From assembly GCF_001194135.2 (NCBI RefSeq), contig NC_068992.1, forward strand, positions 30,023,492-30,087,491: a stretch of 64,000 bases of DNA. Direction: 5' to 3'. Source of the DNA: Octopus bimaculoides (taxonomy: Eukaryota). Each line of letters begins with the position of its first letter. Positions within the stretch are counted from its first letter, which is position 1. Shown here piece after piece: positions 52,136 through 64,000 of this stretch. Below the pieces are notes generated by a model that was given only the letters and a program-made list of their open reading frames with translations, had not been told where the DNA came from and made no database searches. The translations under genes were made by a program, and so were the position numbers.

Positions 52136-53803
52136 TCTAATGATTATAATACATAGTTTTGAATATCTGGCTTTATACTCTATTTTATTGCCGGAAAACA
52201 TCATAAGACATGTTATATTAGCGATTTTGTTATATACCGCATTATATAATGGATAATACGTACAGCATCAAACACTGAAATACGCAAAAAATGTCTGGTG
52301 TGTTTTCAACCATTACATTTGTATGCAACGAAATTTCTCCATTTTAACAGTTTTACTAAATAGGAAACGAAGTTTGTATCGAATTGAACATAGAACATTC
52401 AGTTAATAAAAAAAGGAAGCAATAAAAGAAATTTGTAAAATACATGAAATTACTGTGTAATAATAAGCAAGTTTTGAATGAGACATAATATATCCATTAA
52501 AATTGTCACTGCATATTGCGTCAACTATCATATTAAAAACTATGTATCAGATATCGCAAGATGCTTGGCAAAAGATGTCATAGAAATGGCTGAAATGAAA
52601 GGAAAAACTGTAAATATTGCATATGCAATCATATGACTTTCATGCGTTATATCAAGCATAAAACTCTAAAGTTTACTTCGTATATTCCACGAAATTATAT
52701 CACAAGCAGCAAATACCAACTTAGAAATACCGCAATATATAGATAAGCGATATTATATTGTTCGTTCAAAATAATATCATGCAAAATTTAATCTAACGTG
52801 GATTCCTGAGGTACGTTATATGTTATCACATATATTGAAAACAGCTGCCATCAGACAATCTGGCATACATTGTATCAAACATCGGTAATTTTATAACTTA
52901 AAGTAAAATCATAAACCGGATACATATTAAAAAATACTTTCTCATACACAATGAGAAGGCTGAAAATGTTTCAATGAAACAAAATAAATAAATAAAACAG
53001 AAAACAAAAGAAAAATGAAGCTTTCAATACAATTGTCGTCCGCGCAAAACACTTTCCATGCAGTCTATTACCCCTACACGAAACCAGCTAAAATATAACA
53101 CATTCAAGTATTATATTCTAGAGTATACAATTTAGTATCTCGAAGCAAATGATTTCTTTAAAAATATGAAACATTTCGATTCAGTAGTTTTCAACTGAAC
53201 TATTGACCCTTCTAAATCTATTGCTATCTATCAGATAAAGCTTTACCATGTTCTGAGAGCATTTGTATTAAACCATCGGACACATCTTCTATAAAGTTTG
53301 CAAGAAATTAGGTATCTTTGTATTCAAGAAATTATACGTAGAAACAAGCCCAAGGCAAGCTGGTGGTGCAGTTTTTGTTTACATAAGTCCAAATGAAGTT
53401 ATAATACTAGGAACCTGACAGTTATGAGACTGAGAGAACATTTTAGATAGAATGTGCAGAAGTTATTTCCTTTCAAACTAATGATTCGTCTGCAAACGTC
53501 AGATACCACTTGTTTCCAGGCACACAGTATTTAGAAACATGAACTTGAAATAAATCCAATATCTAACCTTGGTTTCCCTGCAGTTATATAAGCTCAAAGG
53601 TATGGACAGTACGCACAATGACGGGGCCCCAGTATGGTAAAAGGATAAAAGAATAAAAGAATAAATCTTTCTTTCAGCAACAACAACTAAGCTATGTTAC
53701 TGAAAAGCAAGGAAGTACGCTGATGAAAAGATGTAATAATAATTTTCTAGGATAGTATATTAATAAAGTACGAGTAACATTTTAACTATCAACTGTGGTA
53801 TCC

Positions 53804-53867
<64 letters not shown>

Positions 53868-56800
53868 TCTTTAGAGAGCTAACAGAGAAGACCAATTCTT
53901 ATAAAATGCAAGATTCGCTTAAATACGACTAAGCAATAAATTGTTATTGCGAAGTGCACTGCGTGAATCGGGTTTCTAGTTTAATAACAACACTGTTCGG
54001 AAAGATGTCAATATCAAGGTATAACTTGCACATATGAAATACACTGAAATTTATTAGAAGAAAGGTGTGCCATGTGTTCTACTTTCAAATTCCCCAAGAT
54101 ACAATTTCCACGATCATATATAAGACACCGCTACATTGAATTGCTTTGGGTAACCTTATTTCCTGCGCACAACCGAAAGTGCGTCGCACTGTAAAATCTG
54201 GAACCCAATGAATTTAACAAAAACACTAAGTAAAGTATGTCGTCAAATGTTCTTATATTAAGTTAACGTTTTCTAAGTCAAATCCACGAAATACAAGAGC
54301 AGCAGAAAAAATATTTTCATAGCACTCTGGCCTTAATCACCTTAATGCACAATTTCCTAAACAACAATCTGAGATTAGGTGCAGATTCCCAGAAGCATAT
54401 AGCAATGTTTGTTTTTAACCATTTTGCGATATTCAAAATCAAGTAGGTTTACGAAATTGGTATATACATTTGGCTATTTAGTGCAAGTGCACATTGCGCA
54501 AACAATGTATATCCTTCGAAGTTGTCTCATAAGTAAACGAAGTCAGGAATCTCGTTAACGTGGTGACACAACATCGGACACATTGTACTTAAAGACATTA
54601 ATATAAGAACTGATACTGCAAATACAGACTGTGTATTTGAATTTGACCAAAAATAGGTTGAGTATTCAACTTCGTTACTCTATGCCGACATAATTATTAA
54701 GATATGTGTTCTAACAGAATTCCTAAGAAATATCAAATTGGAATTGCTTTAATTTATTAATCGGGGTAATTTCTCACTGTCTATTTTTTACTGATATATG
54801 TTTAATTTCTTACTGATTATGTTAAAAAATCTATTTATCGGAGAGAATGAACTAAAGACTGACAAATATCGTTTGAAGTACCCTCGATCAGATTCAAACC
54901 GATGAAGCAAGTCAGATTTGACTATTCGGACCTGAACAATATTTTTATAAATTGATATAAACATGGATCCTTGATGCGAAAATTCCTTTATCTCAAAACG
55001 TGATATCTCAAACATTGCAGATACTTCTAATCTAAAACAATTTGTAAGATATGGGCTCAGCAGTTTTAGAGTATATGATAGATGTGTTATGAAAATCATA
55101 TCTAATAACAAAAGCTGCGGCAGAAATGCTTTAGCTTTGATCTATGAATGTTTAGACAATTGGAGCAAGATTGTAACTTGATACAAAAGGTTATCCTTTT
55201 AGGATTTTTATAGTGTTCATTGGGATATTTAGACCAGAGAGGTGTTTATCCCCATGTACTACATCTATTTCGCTATGTTTAATAACGTTGATAGTTTGGT
55301 CTGTGAAAAAATATGAAAAACCATGCTGGTCATCTGTCTCAAAAGTTTGGTAAGAAAAGTTGCTGTGAAGCATTTGACGGCGGGATGTATTTATGAGGGT
55401 TCCTATTACTTCACTAGGTCTAGAAACAGAATGACCTCTAGTAAACTCTGTAACATAGCAAAACACTTAAGCATTGCCTAAGGCGGTAAGATATTTATCA
55501 ATAGTAACTACATGGTTTCCAGTGAAGTAAACATAATGAGATTGAAGTATCTTCGTCAAACACATTGAGGAGATGACAGATACGAATAAAAACTCTGCGG
55601 CATTTTATCGACTCCGGCTCCTAGAGATATCAGATGTGTTTAAGGAGCCGTTATAATTTGAATCACAACCATTGTATATAGCAACAGATGGTGTGAATGT
55701 GGTTTACGAATGAAACAAAAATAATTGTGGTACTATTTTAAAAGGAATTTTCCTTTAACGCTGAAATCACGAACCTCATACATTGAATAATCTAAAGATA
55801 GCGGTGAAATAGATTTAAATTGAAAAGTAGAAATTCTTTTTTAGCTACTTGAATGCCAGTTTGAGTTGATTATGTATTCCACAAAGCAGTTTGTCATTAT
55901 AAACTATTTATTTAAATCTAGCTAATTAGCACCGAATACCTCTTGAAAAATTAAGATCATTGTCAGCTGCTCTCTATCAACTGGTTGCGATAAAAGAAAA
56001 TGACACAAATTATGTTTGAAAAGTATAATTATAATTGACAACTTCTAAGAGGATGGAATCTTTTAATCGATTTTACAGGCGTGGGGGATTTCAAATATTT
56101 GTTTATTTTCTATATTAGATTACTTTGTCTTTAGCAGAGAGATGTTTTCATATTCGTGGGCTAAATTAAAAATGATCGCATCACGTCGTTAATGTATACC
56201 TCACGCACAGAACCAAATACTATATAAAGAAAAATCACCTCACGAAATGATTTCTGTGGCATCTTGCTCTTTAATCTATGGTGCTTCGTGCACTTTTCAC
56301 TTCACAATGAACACATTATTTTAAATGCAAACAATATTATGTGAAAATTGTGGCATTCATGCATCTGCATAAATGCGTACAAGTAATTCTAGCATTTGAC
56401 CAAAACTAATGATATCTGCTCAATGTATGTTTGATGTAGTGCAATGAAACAATTCACCATTTCTGGCTTTAATAGGTTGTTATGCATACAGGGGTTTTCG
56501 GTGTAATAAAAATGATTCAGTGTGATTTTAGATAAATCGGTATACTTAAAGTTTTAATTATGAAAGTAAAGAATATTAATTGATCAAATTCATAGTCATT
56601 GAAATTCTTTTATTTTGCGCATAAATAATAAATGTGACGGTATTAAACTGCACGAACTTTGATCTTTGAAACTAATTTTTTATATAATATTTATCTTTTT
56701 TACTATGATATATTCAGTATATTTTCTACAAAATGTGATGCAGATACAAGAAAAGTAAATAATAGCTCTCTATCCGAAGTATGAAATTGTTCCTACAGAA

Positions 56801-57589
56801 AAATTCTTTCATTCTAGTTGGATATCAAGCGGACTATCATTAGTTTTTGAAAACATGCACTGTTTCAACAACAGAATGCTGAAACAGAACAAGAACAAAA
56901 TAATAATAATAATTCAGTTCTATTTTTTAAAATTTACATTAGCAGAGTTCCAACAATTTTAAGTCAGTGTACTGTGCAAATGATATCCAGCATAGAAGTG
57001 CGGAATTTAATATCTATGAACAATATTTAAATGTGTTTCACGTGAAATTCCGACGGAATTCGTATGATAATATTTTCTACTGAGCAAGAATGCTTTATAT
57101 TCATTGGATACGATGTTAGTTTTGACAAAAAATCATGGACATATCGTTTATATCGTTTGGCAACAATGTGTCTGCTGTTGAAGCGAACTACATGTTAGAA
57201 CCGAGTGAACACTTTAATGACGAGTGGACTTTCATAAATGATGAGTTTGAAACTCCATTGCAAAGACTGCTCCTGTATGAGAGTGAAAGATTTGATTCAT
57301 CCTCAAATGTAATGCGTTCACATGATTCTTATGTGTTATTCTGAGATTTCGCTGTTTGCTGCAAAGATTTAAGGACAGCTCTTCCCACTGATGTTAAATT
57401 TCTCCTTTTTTTTCACATTATAACAGTGCTCACGGATACAGGCATATAAAATTAGGCACTCACAAATACATATCCATACAGTTATAAAATGTTGGGGTTT
57501 CTATTCATTGTATGTTTGGCAAGAAATTAACATAATAAACTGCTTTCCCACATTTGCTTATGAAAATATACGTAACATAAACATTCACA

Positions 57590-57712
57590 TTCCATCAGGG
57601 TCGAGTTTGTCTTTCATCATTTCTGGGTCGATAAAATAAGAACGAGTCGAGCAACGACGCCGATGTAATCGACTTACTCTTCTACCGAAATTGCTGTGCC
57701 AAATTTTGATAT
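57590..57712 (+). mobile_element. SINE family A-related 3' half
   Basis: agggtcgagtttgtctttcatcatttctgggtcgataaaataag...gatgtaatcgacttac. Confidence 0.75.
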
Positions 57713-58211
57713 CAATTAACTGAAATGATATGTAATGTACTGAATTTTGAAAATATGGGTTTTTACGAACGTATTTTAATGTAAAACTACAGAAAAAGTC
57801 AAAATAAATTCTGATTATATTAAATGGGATGTAAGATGCAACATTTGAGCACATTAGAGATGTGAAAATGGTGGAGGAACTTCATAAACATGATGACTAA
57901 TATCTATTCGACAAATGCAAATTGCTAGATAAGCACCTATTATGCAACTGGAAAACATCACCTTCAATCGAAGCAACTACATAAATACACTTGCACTCGA
58001 TATTGACTCATCTAAGAGATATGGAATTTTGTCGTTCTAGATTTCCTTCTGCTATCACTCCAATATATTGATTTTTCTTCCTTGAATTATTGTTACACAA
58101 GACCAAGTCCCATTTTTCCCTGCCAAGAAATGAAGAATTACCTCCTGTGATAACACGTAACAATTCTGTCTCTGCTCGGTGTCAAACTTTTTACAATATT
58201 ACTGTTACAGT

Positions 58212-58425
58212 TAAGCGCTGGTAGGATCTCTACTGCAACTAACAAAATGCCTTACCAGCATTTGTTCCGGTTTTCCTTTCTGAGTTCAAATTTCATAGGG
58301 GTCATCTTTTCCTTTCATATTTCTGAGCTCGATGAAATAAATACCAGTGGAACACTGGGGTCGATGTAACGCACAACACCGAAACCCGAAATTAGAGGTC
58401 TTGTGCCAAAGTTTAAATCCAATAC
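58212..58425 (+). mobile_element. SINE family A, diverged
   Basis: ttctgagttcaaattt...aataccagtggaacactggggtcgatgtaa...ggtcttgtgccaaag. Confidence 0.75.
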
Positions 58426-58850
58426 TGCTATTAAATTCAAGAGTAAATAATTCAGACAGAATATTAATCTTCACGGATCTGTAGTTTAGAGAAACAATTA
58501 TCTTTCTAAATATTGATTATAACATCGTGAAGATAAAATGAACCTGAAGTGAGAGATGTCGAATCAAATTATGATCGACATGTTAACGTGCTTTTATTTA
58601 AGTTTAGCAATACTCCTATCGACATCACTCGGCATGTTGTATATACTGTAATAATTTTAGTATTATTTATTAAGCATCATACAATACACACGCACGCACG
58701 CGTCCTCGCACGTGCACTTACATTCGCGCCCACATATATATACAGTTAGGCAAATATATACACATTATTATGTCCACATATTTAAATACATGAAAATATG
58801 TACACGTGCGTATATATATACAGATATCTGAATATATGCAGAGATATTTG

Positions 58851-59168
58851 AAGGCGCGTGTCCTAGTGGTTAAGATATTCAGCTCACGATCATAATGTCG
58901 TGAGTTCAAATTCCGGCGACACGTTCTGTGCTTGAGCAAGACACCTTACTTAACGTTGCTCCAGTTCCCTCAACTAGCAAAAATGTGTTGTACCTGTATT
59001 TCAAATGGCCGGCCTTGTCACTTTCTGTGTCACGCTGAATGTCCCTGAGAACTACGTTATGGGTACACGCGTCTGTGGAGTGCTGAGCCACTTGCACGTT
59101 AATTTCAAAAACAGGGTGTTCCGTTTATCGAACCGCCTGGAACACTCGACGTCGTAACCGACGGATTG
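58851..59168 (+). mobile_element. SINE with head H2 and tail T1
   Basis: tRNA-like head (tagtggttaag, gagttcaaattcc), ttgagcaagacac body; the tail aligns to 44599-44696. Confidence 0.88.
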
Positions 59169-59249
59169 CTACTTCTATTTTTTTAAACATATATCTATAT
59201 TCAGATATAAACAGGTATGTGTAAAGATATAGACACATGCGAAGAATAT

Positions 59250-59258
59250 ATCTATCTA

Positions 59259-59333
<75 letters not shown>

Positions 59334-59345
59334 GTCTGTCTGTCA
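59250..59345. repeat. (TCTA)n/(TCTG)n microsatellite
   Basis: Direct inspection. Confidence 0.95.
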
Positions 59346-59373
59346 GTCTACATAGATATGTCATGGTGCGTAT

Positions 59374-59408
<35 letters not shown>

Positions 59409-60999
59409 ATCATGTGTATATATAGATGTGCACATACAGGCGAAGAGGGAATGCGAGTGAGAAGAGAGATGGAAAATAAGCAGCGAGGAAACTTTAAGCA
59501 TTCTAACTTAATCAACTTAATCAACTAACTCAAATACGACCTTAATTCCAATATATATGACAATTATTAGATTTCTTCAAACATATTCCGGTAACAGCTA
59601 TTATTGCAGAACGGATACCGACGTCTGATATTTATTTATTGATTCCTTAAGTATTAACATCTGACAATTTAGTGATTATCTCCCGCCAGTATCTTACGTA
59701 AATTAATAAACTCAGTGGGCAAGAATTTGATGACTTTAGACAGTATAAAGAGGATTATCAGTCGTATTATTCACTCTGATCTTGTCTAAAATGCTTGTAT
59801 CAAATTTAGGTGCACATACGTACATGGGGAAAATTACAATATTCGGCTTCATTTGTGCACTTAACTTACAATTTATGGTGGCAGCAGAAGGTGACTGGAA
59901 TGAAACGGTGGGAATAAATTAAGGTATGAAATAAGAGACAAAAATGAAACTATTTCTGAAAATATCTTAGATTCTAAGCGTATTGTACAGATAGTATTAA
60001 GAGAATTCAGTAGGAATCAATGGAATGATTGTAACTTGTATCATTATATAATAAGACACTGACCAAAATAGTCCACTGTATTACTGTTAGTCGACACTAA
60101 CAGATGATATCTTTTAATGATTTCCTGACATTGCAAAATGCTAATGTGTTTTTCCCCTGTAGGACAATTGTTTTCTCGTTGGTTATATGAAACCAGGCTG
60201 GCTTTGTTGTATACTGTATGACTGTTTATGTATCTGAGGCGCTTTTTGTCTCAAAAATTTGACCACAGATTTGTGGGTAACAAAAATACCACGTTAGCGA
60301 GTATAAAGAAATATATTGAGTCAAAATAAATATTAAAATCAACGTTTACTTGTAAGGTCACATTGACAAGCCAATTTCGACTTCTCGATATAAATAATAT
60401 GAAACAATTTCAACTGATTTTAATACCAAAATAGCGGGACTTCATATGAAATTAAGCATTTTTACTACCTGAGGAAATCATGCGTATTCTCAGATGTGAC
60501 TAGGTTCGATGATTTATAATTACATTAATCACAACATTTTCTCATTCAAATGTTTTCATTTAAATAAATAAAAATAAACAAAAGTAAGTCCTATATTAAT
60601 TTCAATCATTGCTGTGCGATGTCTTACGACACCGCATATTTAAAACAAATCGTCTTTTATTATTAATTTAAACATATTTTATTCATGGAACAAATTAAAT
60701 CAGCCTCAATTAACCCTCGTCATCAAATATTTATCCTAAAATCTAACATATCTCCTACTGGGTGAAGCGAAAGCGGACACACATACGTAATAATTAAAAA
60801 AATGACATAACCCACATCTTCACTTAATATAAATATTGTTTACACCTGGTAATTTATCAATTTCCATTTATGGAAGGGTTAAATCACATTTTCACGTAAG
60901 CGAACGCAAAATGACGTATTTTTTTATACGTATGAAAACAGATGAGGATAAATAAATACACACATAGTTTCTATCTATCTATCTATGTCTCTCACTCTC

Positions 61000-61049
61000 T
61001 CTCTTTCTCTCTCTCTCGTTCTCTCTCTCTCTCTTTCTCTCTCTCTCGT

Positions 61050-61080
<31 letters not shown>

Positions 61081-61105
61081 ATGTCTTTTTCTCGCTCTCT
61101 CTCTA
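61000..61105. repeat. CT-rich tract with 28-bp higher-order repeat
   Basis: ctctctctctcgttctctctctctcttt units. Confidence 0.85.
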
Positions 61106-61178
61106 TATATATACATGTAGTTGAAATTTACAGAAAAACAAAAGTCGAAGACAGGTAAATAAACAACAAGCATGTATG

Positions 61179-61210
<32 letters not shown>

Positions 61211-61299
61211 TATATAACATTTCTGCGCAGACTCAGTCTTTGTTACCGAATTTCTCTCAAGATAGAATAGGCAAGCCAGTGTTACAATAGCAGTGTCAG

Positions 61300-62400
61300 G
61301 AGAAAGAGGACTATCAGCTTGATATTACCGAGAACGATGAGAGACAGTTGTGAACTGTCTAACTATTTAAGTATCTATGTACCTAAATATAAAATTATGA
61401 TCTTCGTATTTCAGTCGCTTTTCTTGTTCGATATGTGGTGTTTCTTGAGGGTCTCATTTCGTTTGTCGTATTTGTTGCTGTTACTTTCACTGTGGGTTTA
61501 TTTGTTCCTTCATTCTTGCTACCGATTCTGTTTGAAAGAATATGTCATCTTTTACATGGTATTGTACTCTTTCGTAATGTTGCTTGCGTTAAATCTTCAG
61601 GTTAAATCTATTATCGTCAGTCCGTCGTGCCTTGCTACAGTTCATGTCTGACCAGACTGGAATAGTGCTCACCCTCATTCTGTGGGTTGATCAGGTACTC
61701 CAGTCTGGTGAATTTGTTGTCAAGCACCTGGAGAGTGGAAACTTGTCATGCCGTGACTGATGATGTGATGGCATGCATTGAGGTTGCAAAATCTCCAGAG
61801 TTTCCTTGACAGTAAGCAGGACACGCTTTAGCGCAACTCGTTTCTTTGGAAGAGCTGTGGTCTTGGATCATGCTGAAATCGATCGTAGATTAAACTGCCT
61901 GGCACACTGAATGCCACCAGGTGCTCACAAACCTCCACAGGTCAGACAATGCAGTCAGTGGAAGTTCCGTTTTAGTGTTCTGTACAGTTAAATTGACCGG
62001 CAAAAGTGACGACGTTTTAGGGTAGACTCAAGATACTGAATACAATCAACTGGCTGCTTTGTTCCGACGACTTTCGGTATGGGGCCTTAATATCTCTGGG
62101 CTAACATTGATAACGGGAGTAAGGGCAGGGCATTGCCGATTCAAGATAAACTTTACAGACATGGTAGTGTCGTCTACCAGACTGGCCTGAATGTGCACTG
62201 AGTAATCCTTCATTTCCGGGCATCACGTATAGGAGGTGTCCGCTATCGACTAGGTCTACTGTGAAGATAATACCGCTCCTTGCATTTCGCCGGCAAGTAC
62301 AAGCAATGTTTGTTTGTCTGGTGGCCTTAGTAAAGAAGATTGCGTGTTGGCCAGATCGAAAGATCTGAATACTGAATAACTCTCTATATGCTCAAGTGTG
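61300..62400 (-). mobile_element. Possible decayed LINE ORF1 (zinc-knuckle) relic
   Basis: GC-elevated 1.1-kb island. The minus strand reads HFCRS...HCLTCGGL*APGGIQC, resembling the CxxCGGxHxAxxxxC knuckle of Jockey/I-type ORF1. Many stops. Confidence 0.35.
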
Positions 62401-63400
62401 CATCAATTTTAAACTTGCACTTGCATAGATAAGTAAGGGTAGAGAGAGAAGTGCTGCCTTGTAGCATGTTTATTAAAATGTGCGAAATTGCGATAATGAT
62501 GCTATTTGTGAACGGCCAAGCACGGGCTTAAAGTTTGAGAGAGAATCATGAGCAAAGCCACTCCTGCGCCTATAAATTAATGATGGTGTGGCATATTTAT
62601 GCATATATATTTCAACTTTAATTTTAGCAGTATCATTTAGTATGGAAATGAGTAATTATAAAAAAGGACCTTATGCTTACTGTTTTTAGAGCTGGTGGGG
62701 GGAATTGGGTAATTCAGTGTTTATTTGATTTCTACGGTACTAAAGTTATTTCATTTTTTAGAAAATTTTTTTCTTATATATTTTTGATAATGTATATTAT
62801 AAATAATTAATGCAATCTAATTTATAATATTATTTGCTATTTGAATCCAAATGATATAATACTTTAAATATATTATTTTGCTTTTTACCCAAAGAAGAAT
62901 AGCATATTGTTATTGTAACACGTATTCTTTTAATAATATGAAAGAATGAAAGGGAAATTTCTTATTTAGCCATGCTTTTTTTTTTTTAATTGTTCCTGGT
63001 AGTTAAAAAAAAATAATGCGTTAAGATATATTTAGATTAAATACTTAATGGAAAACAAATATATTTTATGACCTTTATATTTGTTTACTTTTTATTTATA
63101 TCTTTGTTTTTGTTCTTTAATTATTGACGCTGACGCTTGAATTCAAATATATTCACATTCAGTGTTTTCTTGGACCTGTGAATCCTAATACATAAAAAAA
63201 GTACACTGAGGAGATTCTTGTCCGCAGACAATGGATTTATATAATTTTATTATGGGTAAGAATAAAAAGAATTGTATGTGATTTATATTTAATATTTAGT
63301 ACTTATTACATTACGTTATATTGTTATAAGAATATAATATAACGTAGTATTATGTTAATAAATATTAAATATAAAATTTTGAATTGGCAATTGGCAATTG

Positions 63401-63442
<42 letters not shown>

Positions 63443-64000
63443 ATCTTCTAGTCGTTTTTGTATATTTAATATATAACCATGTAAATTCTTACGTATATAT
63501 GTGTGTGTGTGTGTGTCTGTGTGTGTGTCTGTGTGTGTGTCTGTGTGTGTGTCTGTGTGAAATTCTCCCTATATGTATATATATAGAGAGAGAGATAAGA
63601 GAAAAGTTATAGACACATGCTTCTGCTTAATAACCTGAATCTGATCGACAATTGTTCAACTTGCTCTGCAGTATCCAAAGGAATTTGACTTGGACTTATA
63701 TAAAACCGAGGAGAAAAGTGTTTTCGTCAATATAAGTTGCATAGCTGAAACAAAAACGAGACTTGAAATTGACGCTGATATGTTAAATATCTTACAATCA
63801 AGGTACTTGAAGCTGGTTCATTTCCTAAACTGATTATCAAATTTAGATAAACTTTTGAGTTTTGTGATTATCTCCTATTCTCTAGTAGCCATAATTGCTG
63901 TTTGGTAATTATGAAACACCCTCTTGAGGCGCGGAAAAAGTTCAAATGAAGAATTTCTGTTGTAAGATACTTTAGCCTACCGGTATTTGTCTATGTATGC

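Noticed and set aside
54788-55466. Two adjacent minus-strand ORFs (107 and 91 aa)
   Set aside because: Different frames, non-ATG starts in the track, and no motif recognised.
57135-57344. 69-aa + strand ORF with coding-like composition
   Set aside because: No family recognised and no convincing splice context.

Overview
Very AT-rich, microsatellite-dense eukaryotic DNA with 10 assembly gaps, most flanked by (TA)n or similar simple repeats. The tRNA-headed SINE families and repeat style suggest an octopus genome; that is inference from recalled repeats, not a search. There is no intact multi-domain gene, and almost all ORFs in the supplied track are microsatellite or gap artefacts. The window is mostly intronic or intergenic DNA carrying decayed mobile elements: an internally deleted Helitron (41.4-44.3 kb), an R4/NeSL-type LINE relic, RTE 3' ends, a mariner 3' end, a possible hAT relic, a fold-back MITE cluster, and many SINEs built from shuffled modules. 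A minus-strand gene may have its 5' exons at 0.9-2.8 kb. The best finds are two type I hammerhead ribozyme motifs on the + strand. The one at 51615-51687 is complete, with a minimal palindromic stem III of the dimer-dependent Penelope/retrozyme type. The one at 30465-30513 is decayed and follows a Penelope-like GIY-YIG relic.
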